64,000 nt of DNA from Micropepsaceae bacterium (GCA_035318785.1 DATHDZ010000341.1:15577-79576), one strand, 5' to 3'; shown: positions 42,282 through 52,033, counted from the first letter of the stretch. A program made the numbers and translations. The notes: generated by a model not told the origin, from the sequence alone.

Positions 42282-45200
42282 TCACAGCATGAAATCGCCG
42301 GCGACGAGCGAGCCAACGCCATCGACGGCGATGCTGAAATCCGCCACGCCATCGCCATTGAGATCGCCTGAAACGACAAGGTCCGGCCCGTTGGTCGCAT
42401 AACGCAGCTGTCCGGCGGCGTTTGTGAACGCGGCCGCGCCGATGAAAGTGAACGCCTGGTTGCCGGCGAGAAGGGTGTTGGCATCGAGGCCCGAGACATC
42501 GATTCTGTCGGCTTCCGCGTGGCTGAAATCGACAAGCGTGTCGAAGGTCGGCCCGGGGGCGATATCGGATAGGCTCGCGAAGATAAACCTGTCCGCTCCC
42601 GTGCCGCCTGTCAGCGCGTCGGCGCCGGCGCCACCGGTGAGAGTGTCATTGCCGATACCGCCGAGCAGTTGATCGTCGCCCGCAGCTCCGATGAGGGAAT
42701 CATTGCCGAGGCCGCCATCCAGCGTGTCGTTGCCGATCGCGCCGCTGATGATATTGGCAGAATCATTGCCGGTGCCGGTGAAGGCGACCGTACCAGTATA
42801 GGTCAGGTTCTCGAGATCGGTGCCGAGAGTGTAGCTAGACAAAACCGTCTTGACCACATCGGTTCCGCCACCGGGAGCCTCCGTCACCAAATCGCTCACG
42901 CTGTCGACGATGTAGAGGTCGTTGCCGGAGCCCCCAGCAAGCGTGTCGTTTCCAGTGCCGCCGTCCAGCGTGTCATTGCCGGCGCCACCATTAAGGCTGT
43001 CGTCATCGGCTCCGCCAAGAAGCGAGTCATGGTCATTGCCGCCCGTGAGCGTGTCGCCGCCGATGCCGCCGATCAGCGAGTCATTGCCGATACCGCCATC
43101 CAGCGCATCATTGCCGGTTCCCCCGGTGATGGTGTTGGCGAGATCGTTCCCGGTGCCCGTGAATGTGCCAACGCCTGTATAGGTCAGGGCCTCCACATTG
43201 GCGTTGAGCGAAAAGGTGGAAAGGATCGTTTTGACCGTATCGGTTCCTGCGCCAAGCGCTTCGTTGACCTGATCGGCGACACTATCCACGATGTAGCTGT
43301 CATTGCCGGCGCCTCCGGCCAGCGTGTCATCGCCAGTCCCGCCGTCGAGCGTATCATTGCCAAGCCCACCATCAAGACTGTCATTGTCGGCGCCGCCGAG
43401 AAGCGAGTCATTGTCGTTGCCGCCCATCAGCGTATCGCTGCCGGCCCCAGTGTTCAGCGTATCGTTGCCGATGCCGCCGGAGAGCACATCATTGCCGGAG
43501 CCGGAGAGAATATTATTGGCAAGATCGCTGCCCGTACCCGAGAAATCGCCCGCGCCGGTGTAGGAGAGGTTCTCCACATTGGCCGCCAGCGTGAGGGCGC
43601 TCAGTGCGGTGAGGACCAGGTCCGTTCCAGAGCCGCTCGCCTCAACGACCAGATCGAGTGCGTTATCGATTTTGTAGGTGTCATTGCCGATCCCACCGGC
43701 CAGCGTGTCCGCTCCGGCACCGCCGTCGAGCGTGTCATTGCCATCAAGAGCTGAGAGGCTGTCATTCCCGGCACCGCCCGTCAGGATATTGGCAAGGGCA
43801 TTCCCGGTGCCCGAAAAATCGCCCGATCCAGTGAAGGTGAGATTCTCGATATATGCTCCGAGAACATAAGCGTCGGCCGAAGCAAAGACCGTATCGGTTC
43901 CCCCATTCGCCGCCTCAACGATCACATCGCCCGCATTGTCCACCAGATAGCGGTCATTGCCCGTTCCGCCGGCCAATGTGTCGGTTCCCGCACCGCCATC
44001 GAGCGTGTCGTTCCCTGAAAGGCCCGCGAGACTGTCATTGTTCGTCCCGCCGGTAATCAGATTGTCACCGCCTGTACCGGTTCCGATGAACGCCCCCAGC
44101 CCGATGAATGTTAGCGTCTCAACATTGCCGGTGAGCGTGTAGGCCGCGAGCGTCGTGAAGACGGTATCCGTGCCTTGACCACCGCTTTCGGTCACCACAT
44201 CGGCAGCATTGTCCACGACGTAAGAGTCGTTCCCCAATCCGCCCGCCATGGAGTCGGCGCCGGCGCCACCATCAAGGGAGTCGTCCCCGGCTCCGCCAAC
44301 AAGGCTGTTGTTCCCGCCATTGCCTTGCAGCGCGTCGTTGAACGCCGATCCGATAAGGTTCTCGATATTGACCAGGGCGTCGCCCTGGGCATCGCCGCCG
44401 CTGGCGAACCCTGTCGCAAGGCTGACATTCACGCCCGCCGCAGACGCCGCGTACGTGGCCGTGTCGATGCCGCCGCCGCCGTCGAGCGAATCTGCGCCGC
44501 CGAGGCCTGCCAGGATATTGTTGCCGCTATTGCCGGTGATCGCGTTGGTAGCCCCGTTGCCGGTGCCGTTAATGTTGGTGGTTCCGGTCAGCGTCAGATT
44601 CTCGAGATTGGCTCCCAGCGTATAGGTGATCGAGGCCTGGACACTGTCCGTACCTTCTCCAGCATTCTCCGTAACGATGTCACCGGTCGAGTCGACGACA
44701 TAGGTGTCATCCCCCAGCCCGCCGAGCATCGTATCGGCGCCGGTGCCGCCATTGAGCGTGTCGTTGCCGCCGAGCGCGTTGATACTGTCACTGCCGGCCG
44801 CGCCGTTGATGTTGTCTTCCTCACCCGTGGGAAGGGGCTGACCTGCGACAGTGGTGGTTGCATTGATGATGTTGTTCGCAGATGTGCCGGTGATGGTGAC
44901 GCCGGCGACGTTGGTCACCGCGATGGTGAAGCTCTGCGAGCTCGTCAGCGTGCCGTCCGAAACCTGGACAACGATGTTGTGGCTGGTCGCCGTTTCGAAA
45001 TCGAGCAGCGCCCCGTTTGCCACGCTGACAACGCCCGTCGAAGCATCGATCGCAAAGCGGCCCCCGGCATTATCCGTGAGCGAATAGATGAGTGTGCCGC
45101 CGTCGATATCCGTCGAGAATGCGGTGATCCCGACGAGTGCGCCGTTCGCCATATTCTCCGCGACGCCGTTCGCCGCGGCATTGCCATCCACCGGCTGCGA

Positions 45201-48200
45201 CGGCGCATTGTTGAGAAGCTGGTTCGCGGCGAACGTGCCGTCGGAGAACTGAAATTTCTCCACGTCGGTAACTTCATCCGTACCATCAGGTGAAGCGCTT
45301 CGATTGTCTGTGATGGTATAAGTCGATCCATTCAGCGAAATCGCATAATCGGATCGCGCGCCGGTATAGATGGCGGTGTCCGTATCTGCGCCGCCGTCTA
45401 TCGAGTCGTTTCCGGAGCCGCCCGCGAGCGAGTCGTTTCCGTCCCCACCGGAGAGACTGTCTCCACCCGGCGCGCGCTGCACGTTGGCAAGTACGACCGC
45501 GCCATTGATGTCGTTGAACATCACCTTCTGCCCATCGCTGGACAGGATGGGGTTATACCCGCCGATGGGCGTTCCGTTCTCGTCGATCGATAGACAGGTG
45601 GTCAAACCGGTCGCCAAGTCTTTGAGAAATACATCCGCAACGCCATCCGTGTCGTTGGCTACCAGATTGGCCGCATCACTGGAATATGCGATTTTGGTGC
45701 CATCCGCGGAGAGAGAGAAGTTGACTATGCCAATTCCGCCCACGGCCTGGGATCCGTCCGATGCCGTGTCCACGCGCGTGATTGCACCGGTTGTCGTATC
45801 TTTGATGAAGAGGTCCTCGGCGCCATTCGTATCGCCGGGGACAAGATTATCGGCGTCGCTATTGAAGGCGATTTTGCCGTCGGGCGCAGCAAACGTGGTG
45901 GCATGGGAATGATTGTTTGATTGCGAGCCGTCCGCAGTAGTGGAAACCCGGACGATCGCGCCCGTCGTCAGATTTTTGACAAAAACATCTGCAACGCCGT
46001 TGGTGTCTCCCGCGACAAGATTATCTGCGCTGCTGGTGAACACGACCGCATTGCCGTCGGACGAAAACGAATTCCAGTACGATCCACTATTCGCCTGCGT
46101 TCCATCGGCGGCCGTGGAAACGCGAGTGGCCGTGCCGCTTCCCAAATCCGTAACGAAAATATCTGAGCTATTGTTGGTATCGCCGGGCACGACACTCGAA
46201 GCATCGCTGGCATAGAGAATCTTAGACCCGTCCGGAGAGAAGACCGGATGATAGAGGTTGGGAAAAGATGCTCCGCTGTTCGACGCTTGAGCGACGCGCG
46301 TCGTGGTGCCGGTCGTCAGGTTTTTGACAAAAATATCGAAGGCGTTATTCGTATCGCCAATGACAAGATTGGTCGCATCGCTGGCGAACACCACTTTGGT
46401 GCCGTCCGGTGAAATGGCAAAATTGTCGAGATGAAATCCCCAGAATGCGTTGCCCGCTGAGCCGTCGGATTTGGTATCCGCACGCGTAACGATGCTCGAC
46501 ACCAAATCCATGACGAACAAAGGGCCGAATGTATTACCGCTAAAGACGACTTTCGTGCCGTCGGCGGAAAACCCTTCATTGGACGAACCAGACGTTGCAC
46601 CAAATGGTGCGTTCGGCAGCATGGTATAGGTGTTCGCGAACGCGCTTGCCGAGCCGGCGATCAGCACATCGTCGCCCGCTCCGCCATCCAGCGTGTCGTT
46701 GCCATTTCCTCCATCGAGCGTGTCATTGACGACTCCGCCGGTAATCTGGTTCGCCAGATTGTTCCCGGTACCGGCAAAATTGCCCGTACCGATGAAAATC
46801 AGGTTTTCGATATCCGACCCGAGTGAATAATCGTTCAAACTTGTCTTGATCGTATCGACGCCCTCATTGGGATTTTCCATCACAATGGCCCCGGCACTGT
46901 CGACGATATAGGTGTCATTTCCGCGTCCACCCGCCATCGTGTCGGTGCCACCGCCGCCGCTCAGCGTGTCGTCCCCTTGGCCACCAGTAATGCGATTGTC
47001 CAGTCCGTTCCCGATGCCGCTGAAATTGGCGTAACGGACATAGGTCAAATTCTCGACATTGCTGCCCAGGGTATAACTCGCCAAATTTGTGAGGATGGTG
47101 TCGGTGCCCTCGCCGGGATTTTCGGTGACCACATCGCCTGCATTGTCGACCCCGTAGGTGTCGTCGCCTAGGCTTCCTATCATTCTGTCGGCGCCCTGCT
47201 CGCCATCGATCGTGTCGTTGGCCGTGGTACCGATCAGCAAGTCCGACGCGGACAGAACGTTGCCGCCGATAATGAGGAAGCCTTCGCTCTGATTGTGCAG
47301 ATCGATGGTGATGGAAGTCGTTGCACCCCATCCCAACACACTCTCGACATTGACGATCTGTGCGTCTGTCGCGTTGTTCAGATCGCTGGATGTCACCCAA
47401 GCAAAAATCGAGTCGCCGATCTTTCCCGTGACGAGGAAGGCACTGCCCGATGACACCCCACCATCGTCGGTGCCACCATCGACCATATCCGCGCCGACAA
47501 ATCCGGCGAAAGTGTCGTCGGCTCCGCCGCCGCTTAGAGTATCGGCGCCATAGCCACCGTCGATGCGGTCATGTCCCGCACCGCCGATGATCGTGTCGTT
47601 GAAATTGCCTCCACTGATGGAGATGTTGTTCTCGGTTTGGTTGTGCAGATCGATGAGAAGAGCCGCTGCCCCGGCATTGGCCGTCACGTTTTCGACATTG
47701 ATGATCTGCGCATCCGTCGCGCTGTTGAGGTCCGAAGATGTCACGTCCAAAAAGATCCAATCGTAACCGGCTCCACCATCGATCACGTCGGCGCCGACAA
47801 ATCCCATGAAACCGTCATTGCCTAAGCCACCGGTCAGAGTGTCGGCGCTGCTGCTGCCCGTAGTCGTGAGAGATTCGGATTGATTTGCGAGATTGATACT
47901 GACGCCCACGGCGGCGCCCGCAGCCGATACAAATTCGACGCCGACGATTTGGGCATTTGCTGCAACGTTGAGATCCGTTGACGTCGCCGTCAGCGTGATC
48001 GTATCTAGTCCGGTCCCGCCATCGACAGTATCTGCGCCGACGAAACCGACGAAAACATCACTCCCCCCAAGGCCGCTGATGGAATCGTTGCCGCTCGTTC
48101 CGGTGAGCGTGTTGTTGCCGCCGTCGCCAACAATCGTGGCGCCGGCTTGGGGATCGTAGTTGTAAGGGCTTTCAAAATTGTCGGCAGTGAAAGCGGTCCT

Positions 48201-48764
48201 TGTCGTGTTCGCTAACGTCAGGACGGTAACAAAATTTGCGCTGCCGCTCGGCCCGTCGTAGTCGATCTGCAAGAGCGTGTCGGGACCGCTCTGCAGCAAT
48301 CGAAAATATCTTTCGGAGAACGGATTGGAGCCCGCAGGAAACCCAGTCAGAAAATTTGTTATATCGGGACTGGTGATGTTGAGGATGTCGCCGCCGGGTC
48401 CAGTGGCAAAATCCGTGATCACATCTGGAACCAGCACCAAGCTGGAAAAAAAGGTATCGAAACAGTAAGTGTCACGGCCCGCACCACCGGTGAGCGTGTC
48501 TGAGCCAGGCGGACCAATTTGGTTGGACACATCGTAGAAGAGATCATTTCCGTCGCCGCCATCGAGCGAATTGGCGCCTTGATAATCCTGAAGCGTGTCA
48601 TTCCCGGCCCCAGCAATGATCGTATCGTTGCCCTCATCGCCTCTCATGATATCGTTACCGCCGGCAGCTATGAGGCTGTCATTTCCTTCGAACCCCTCTA
48701 GCGAATCGTTGCCGCTGGTTCCGGTGAGTGTGTTGTTTCCGCCGTCGCCAACGATCGTAGCCAT
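42282..48764 (-). CDS. Giant RTX-type calcium-binding exoprotein, probable type I secretion substrate (about 2160 aa)
   Basis: Dozens of GGxGxDxL/I nonapeptides. C-terminus GGTGADRFIF...DTLVDFSHAEADRIDVSGLDAN...GDLNGDGVADFSIAVDGVGSLVAGDFML is typical of T1SS targets. Start set at ATG 48764 (MATIVGDGGNNTLTG). Confidence 0.9.
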   Translation of the reverse strand: MATIVGDGGNNTLTGTSGNDSLEGFEGNDSLIAAGGNDIMRGDEGNDTIIAGAGNDTLQDYQGANSLDGGDGNDLFYDVSNQIGPPGSDTLTGGAGRDTYCFDTFFSSLVLVPDVITDFATGPGGDILNITSPDITNFLTGFPAGSNPFSERYFRLLQSGPDTLLQIDYDGPSGSANFVTVLTLANTTRTAFTADNFESPYNYDPQAGATIVGDGGNNTLTGTSGNDSISGLGGSDVFVGFVGADTVDGGTGLDTITLTATSTDLNVAANAQIVGVEFVSAAGAAVGVSINLANQSESLTTTGSSSADTLTGGLGNDGFMGFVGADVIDGGAGYDWIFLDVTSSDLNSATDAQIINVENVTANAGAAALLIDLHNQTENNISISGGNFNDTIIGGAGHDRIDGGYGADTLSGGGADDTFAGFVGADMVDGGTDDGGVSSGSAFLVTGKIGDSIFAWVTSSDLNNATDAQIVNVESVLGWGATTSITIDLHNQSEGFLIIGGNVLSASDLLIGTTANDTIDGEQGADRMIGSLGDDTYGVDNAGDVVTENPGEGTDTILTNLASYTLGSNVENLTYVRYANFSGIGNGLDNRITGGQGDDTLSGGGGTDTMAGGRGNDTYIVDSAGAIVMENPNEGVDTIKTSLNDYSLGSDIENLIFIGTGNFAGTGNNLANQITGGVVNDTLDGGNGNDTLDGGAGDDVLIAGSASAFANTYTMLPNAPFGATSGSSNEGFSADGTKVVFSGNTFGPLFVMDLVSSIVTRADTKSDGSAGNAFWGFHLDNFAISPDGTKVVFASDATNLVIGDTNNAFDIFVKNLTTGTTTRVAQASNSGASFPNLYHPVFSPDGSKILYASDASSVVPGDTNNSSDIFVTDLGSGTATRVSTAADGTQANSGSYWNSFSSDGNAVVFTSSADNLVAGDTNGVADVFVKNLTTGAIVRVSTTADGSQSNNHSHATTFAAPDGKIAFNSDADNLVPGDTNGAEDLFIKDTTTGAITRVDTASDGSQAVGGIGIVNFSLSADGTKIAYSSDAANLVANDTDGVADVFLKDLATGLTTCLSIDENGTPIGGYNPILSSDGQKVMFNDINGAVVLANVQRAPGGDSLSGGDGNDSLAGGSGNDSIDGGADTDTAIYTGARSDYAISLNGSTYTITDNRSASPDGTDEVTDVEKFQFSDGTFAANQLLNNAPSQPVDGNAAANGVAENMANGALVGITAFSTDIDGGTLIYSLTDNAGGRFAIDASTGVVSVANGALLDFETATSHNIVVQVSDGTLTSSQSFTIAVTNVAGVTITGTSANNIINATTTVAGQPLPTGEEDNINGAAGSDSINALGGNDTLNGGTGADTMLGGLGDDTYVVDSTGDIVTENAGEGTDSVQASITYTLGANLENLTLTGTTNINGTGNGATNAITGNSGNNILAGLGGADSLDGGGGIDTATYAASAAGVNVSLATGFASGGDAQGDALVNIENLIGSAFNDALQGNGGNNSLVGGAGDDSLDGGAGADSMAGGLGNDSYVVDNAADVVTESGGQGTDTVFTTLAAYTLTGNVETLTFIGLGAFIGTGTGGDNLITGGTNNDSLAGLSGNDTLDGGAGTDTLAGGTGNDRYLVDNAGDVIVEAANGGTDTVFASADAYVLGAYIENLTFTGSGDFSGTGNALANILTGGAGNDSLSALDGNDTLDGGAGADTLAGGIGNDTYKIDNALDLVVEASGSGTDLVLTALSALTLAANVENLSYTGAGDFSGTGSDLANNILSGSGNDVLSGGIGNDTLNTGAGSDTLMGGNDNDSLLGGADNDSLDGGLGNDTLDGGTGDDTLAGGAGNDSYIVDSVADQVNEALGAGTDTVKTILSTFSLNANVEALTYTGVGTFTGTGNDLANTITGGTGNDALDGGIGNDSLIGGIGGDTLTGGNDHDSLLGGADDDSLNGGAGNDTLDGGTGNDTLAGGSGNDLYIVDSVSDLVTEAPGGGTDVVKTVLSSYTLGTDLENLTYTGTVAFTGTGNDSANIISGAIGNDTLDGGLGNDSLIGAAGDDQLLGGIGNDTLTGGAGADALTGGTGADRFIFASLSDIAPGPTFDTLVDFSHAEADRIDVSGLDANTLLAGNQAFTFIGAAAFTNAAGQLRYATNGPDLVVSGDLNGDGVADFSIAVDGVGSLVAGDFML
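42690..44260 (-). repeat. Tandem in-frame coding repeats (two 381-bp units, then shorter 270-290-bp units) inside the RTX gene
   Basis: Shadow ORFs at 42922 and 43303 start with near-identical peptides exactly 381 nt apart (MPEPPASVSFPVPPSSVSLP / MPAPPASVSSPVPPSSVSLP). Further related starts at 43678, 43957 and 44248. Confidence 0.7.
44905..45215 (-). other. Cadherin-like domain within the RTX protein
   Basis: VAENMANGALVGITAFSTDIDGGTLIYSLTDNAGGRFAIDASTGVVSVANGALLDFETATSHNIVVQVSDGTLTSSQSFTIAVTNV has the bacterial cadherin-like signature. Confidence 0.7.
45481..46585 (-). other. About 7 PD40/TolB-like beta-propeller repeats within the RTX protein
   Basis: Seven roughly 57-aa repeats of the form S(P/A)DG(T/S)K(V/I)xFxSxAxNLVxGDTNxxxD(I/V)FxK(D/N)LxTGxxxRV, counted by eye. 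Confidence 0.7.
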
Positions 48765-49119
48765 GCGTGCCCCCACGCGCGTTTGCACTCGACGTGCCCG
48801 GCGAGTGACGGCGCTTAAGTTCAATCGTGCTGAGTGCCCCCCTCAGCGCGCGATACTAGATCAGGGGTACGTCGGCACGGCAAATTGAGATTTGCGAAGA
48901 TTTAATTTACGTGCGTACGCGGGGGAATTTACCATAAGGCGGATAACACCCGATGACGGCCACCCCGCGCGGGGATTAGGGCTCGCCCGCGTTTCGCGCC
49001 GTCGCTTGTGCCGCGCCGCACATCGCGCTAACGGGTTGAACGCTCGCGGTTTCCTTGTTGCTTGCATAGGCCAATCGCATTCTGTATCGCCTTCCCCAGG
49101 CGACCTGCGGGAGAAAACC

Positions 49120-49830
49120 ATGGCAGACCCGGTGCCCTATTCGCGCGATGATGTCAGCGCGCAACCACCGACCAAATTTGCCGATTTCAAAGCCTCGGCG
49201 GTACGTACGCCATCGCACCCGCTCATCCGCGCGCCCCATACGCTGACCGAAATCACCGGACCATCGGGCGTCGACGTCTGGGAGAAGCTCGCCGGCCCCG
49301 CGATGACCGACCTCACCCGCCAGCACAATGGCGAAGCACTGGGCGAGCGCATTATCGTGTCGGGCCGGGTGCTGGACGAGAACGACAGACCAGTGCCGAA
49401 CACGCTGATCGAAATCTTGCAGGCCAATGCGGGCGGCCGCTACGTGCATGAATATGACCAGCACGATAGCCCACGCGATCCCAATTTCACGGGCGCCGGC
49501 CGCGCGATCACGGATGCCGATGGGCGCTATCGCTTCATCACCATCAAGCCGGGCGCCTATCCCTGGTATAATGCGCGCAATGCATGGCGGCCTGCGCACA
49601 TCCATTATTCGCTTTTGGGCGCGGGCTTCGCCCAACGCCTCATCACACAGATGTATTTTCCGGGCGATCCGCTGTTCGCGCTCGACGCCATCGCCAATGC
49701 AGTGCCGGAATCCGCGCGGCAAAGGCTCGTCGCGCGGTTCGATCTCGAGACGACCGAGCCCTTCTGGGCGCTGTCCTATCGCTTCGACTTCGTGCTGCGC
49801 GGCCGCGACGCGACGCCGATGGAACAATAG
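49120..49830 (+). CDS. pcaH: Protocatechuate 3,4-dioxygenase beta subunit-like (intradiol dioxygenase)
   Basis: Internal ATG 49120. GERIIVSGRVLDENDRPVPNTLIEILQANAGGRYVH, GRYRFITIKPGAYPW...WRPAHIHYSL (Tyr/His iron ligands). Confidence 0.9.
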   Translation: MADPVPYSRDDVSAQPPTKFADFKASAVRTPSHPLIRAPHTLTEITGPSGVDVWEKLAGPAMTDLTRQHNGEALGERIIVSGRVLDENDRPVPNTLIEILQANAGGRYVHEYDQHDSPRDPNFTGAGRAITDADGRYRFITIKPGAYPWYNARNAWRPAHIHYSLLGAGFAQRLITQMYFPGDPLFALDAIANAVPESARQRLVARFDLETTEPFWALSYRFDFVLRGRDATPMEQ

Positions 49831-49832
49831 CC

Positions 49833-50480
49833 ATGGCCGAGCAGACTCCCTGGCAGACGACCGGGCCGTTCCTGCATTTCGGCCTGCCGTGGAACGGCGC
49901 CGCCGATCTGACTGGCGATAGCGACCTCGGCGCGCGCCCCGATCTCATCGCGCCCGGCCATGATTATGCGGTGCTTCGCACAAAGACGGGCCGCGACCGG
50001 ACTTTGGGTCAAAGGATCGAATTGGTCGGCAACGTCTGGGACAACAGGGACGCACCGATCATCGATTCGCTGATCGAGATTTGGCAGGCCAACGCCGCGG
50101 GGCGTTACGCGCATCCCGAAGATACGCGCAACGATGCGCCGCTCGATCCCGCTTTCATCGGATTTGGCCGCAGCGCCTCGGACAAGGAGGGCGCGTTCCA
50201 CTTCCGCACCATCCGCCCGGGCCGCGTTCCCGGTCCCGGCAACACGCTGCAGGCGCCGCACATCGCGCTCGCCATCATGGGACCCGGTTTCCTGAAGCGG
50301 CTCGTGACGCGGGTCTATTTCCCGGACGCGCGCGAAAACGCGGAGGATCCGATCCTGGGCCTAGTTCCCGAGGAGCGACGCTCGACATTGATCGCGGTGA
50401 AAGAACCGGGCGCAACCCATCTCTACCGCTTCGACATTCATCTGGGCGGCGCACGCGAAACCGTTTTCTTCGACATCTGA
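49833..50480 (+). CDS. pcaG: Protocatechuate 3,4-dioxygenase alpha subunit-like
   Basis: MAEQTPWQTTGPFLHFGL, IELVGNVWDNRDAPIIDSLIEIWQANAAGRYAHPED, FHFRTIRPGRVPG...APHIALAIMGPG. ATG 2 nt after the pcaH stop. Confidence 0.9.
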   Translation: MAEQTPWQTTGPFLHFGLPWNGAADLTGDSDLGARPDLIAPGHDYAVLRTKTGRDRTLGQRIELVGNVWDNRDAPIIDSLIEIWQANAAGRYAHPEDTRNDAPLDPAFIGFGRSASDKEGAFHFRTIRPGRVPGPGNTLQAPHIALAIMGPGFLKRLVTRVYFPDARENAEDPILGLVPEERRSTLIAVKEPGATHLYRFDIHLGGARETVFFDI

Positions 50481-50512
50481 GCGCGAGGAGTCGCGCAACA
50501 ACGGAGTTTCTT

Positions 50513-51880
50513 ATGGAAGTGACACGCATACTTGCACGCTATGTGGTGAATTCACGCAGCATCGACATTCCCGATGTGGTGAAACGCGAAGGCGTGCGCT
50601 CGATCCTGAACTGGCTCGGCTGCGCGGTCGGCGCAGCGCACCACGAGGCGGTAGAGAGCGCGCTCGCCGCGCTCATCCCCTTTGCCGGACCGGCGCAAGC
50701 CTCCGTGTTGGGCCGCGAGGACAAGACCGACATCCTGACCGCCGCGTTGTTGAACGGCATCACAAGCCACGTCTTCGATTTCGACGATACGCATCTGCCC
50801 ACCATCATCCACCCTTCCGGTCCGGTCGCCTCCGCGCTCTTCGCCCTCGCCGAGTACCGGCCGGTCTCCGGCGCCGAGTTGCTGCACGCCTTCATCCTGG
50901 GCGTCGAGGTTGAATGCCGCATCGGCAACGCCGTTTATCCCAACCATTACGATGTCGGCTGGCACATCACTGGAACCGCCGGCGTGTTCGGCGCGGCAGC
51001 GGCAGCCGGCAAGCTGCTCGGCCTTTCGGAGCAGCAGATGGTCTGGGCGCTCGGCATCGCTGGGACCCAATCCTCCGGCTTTCGCGAGATGTTCGGCACC
51101 CATTGCAAGAGCTTCCATCCCGGGCGCGCCGCGCAGAACGGCCTCGCCTCGGCGCTCCTTGCGGAGAAGAACTTCACCAGCTCCAACCAGGTGATCGAGG
51201 CCAAGCGCGGCTTCGCCAATGTCATGTCGACGAAGCAGGATTACGCGAAGATCACCGAGGGCCTCGGCAAAAGCTTCGAGGTCACGCTGAATTCCTACAA
51301 GCCCTTCGCCTGCGGCATCGTTATTCATCCTTCGATCGACGCGTGCGTGCAGTTGAAGCGCGAACACGGGCTTTCCGGCGCCGAAGTGGAAAACGTCCAA
51401 CTGACGGTGGCGCCCTTGGTGCTGGAGCTCACCGGCAAACGAACCCCCCAAGTCGGCCTCGAAGGAAAGTTCAGCGTCTTCCATTCCTCCGCGGTTGCGC
51501 TCCTCTACGGGGCGGCGGGCGAGAAGGAATATTCCGACGACATCGTGCGCGATCCCAAAGTCATTGCGCTGCGCGATCGCGTTGAGGCGGTGATCGATCC
51601 GAAGCTTCGCGACGATCAGGTCCGCGTTCGCCTCACCCTCAAGGACGGACGCACGCTCGAGAAATATGTCGAGCACGCTATCGGCAGCAAAGAGGTGCCG
51701 ATGACCAACGAACAGCTCGAAGCGAAATTTCGTGGGTTGGCCGACGACATTCTCGGCGCCGAGCAAGCGGCGCGGCTGTTGGCGCTCGCCTGGTCCATTG
51801 AGACGCTCACCGATGCCGCCGAGATCTGTCGTCTTTCCGCGCCGCAAGCGCGTCCGGGACGTCAGCCCCGCCGGGCGTAG
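50513..51880 (+). CDS. MmgE/PrpD-family protein
   Basis: Internal ATG 50513. LARYVVNSRSIDIPDVVKREGVRSILNWLGCAVGA, NGITSHVFDFDDTH, GWHITGTAGVFGAAAAAGKLLGL, GTQSSGFREMFGT..KSFHPGRAAQNG. Confidence 0.9.
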   Translation: MEVTRILARYVVNSRSIDIPDVVKREGVRSILNWLGCAVGAAHHEAVESALAALIPFAGPAQASVLGREDKTDILTAALLNGITSHVFDFDDTHLPTIIHPSGPVASALFALAEYRPVSGAELLHAFILGVEVECRIGNAVYPNHYDVGWHITGTAGVFGAAAAAGKLLGLSEQQMVWALGIAGTQSSGFREMFGTHCKSFHPGRAAQNGLASALLAEKNFTSSNQVIEAKRGFANVMSTKQDYAKITEGLGKSFEVTLNSYKPFACGIVIHPSIDACVQLKREHGLSGAEVENVQLTVAPLVLELTGKRTPQVGLEGKFSVFHSSAVALLYGAAGEKEYSDDIVRDPKVIALRDRVEAVIDPKLRDDQVRVRLTLKDGRTLEKYVEHAIGSKEVPMTNEQLEAKFRGLADDILGAEQAARLLALAWSIETLTDAAEICRLSAPQARPGRQPRRA

Positions 51881-51919
51881 TCATCAGCCCCCCACCCGAA
51901 CCGCCTCGCTCCGTTCGTC

Positions 51920-51953
51920 GGTCCCACCTCCCCGCGTTGGGGGAGGTGGGACC
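51920..51953. repeat. GC hairpin of the CCTCCCC/GGGGAGG family (14-bp stem)
   Basis: GGTCCCACCTCCCC-gcgtt-GGGGGAGGTGGGACC, 40 nt after the PrpD-like stop. No U-run. Confidence 0.6.
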
Positions 51954-52033
51954 AAGGCGAGCAAAATTCAAACTGACCCGTCAGCGAAATTCTGCTCTAC
52001 CATAACGGCCCTTTCCCAATTCACGGGACACCA

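Noticed and set aside
42690-48700. Strong nucleotide periodicity that could be mistaken for a CRISPR or satellite array.
   Set aside because: The periodicity is in-frame and encodes RTX/PD40 repeats of one continuous ORF. There are no short identical repeats separated by unique spacers.
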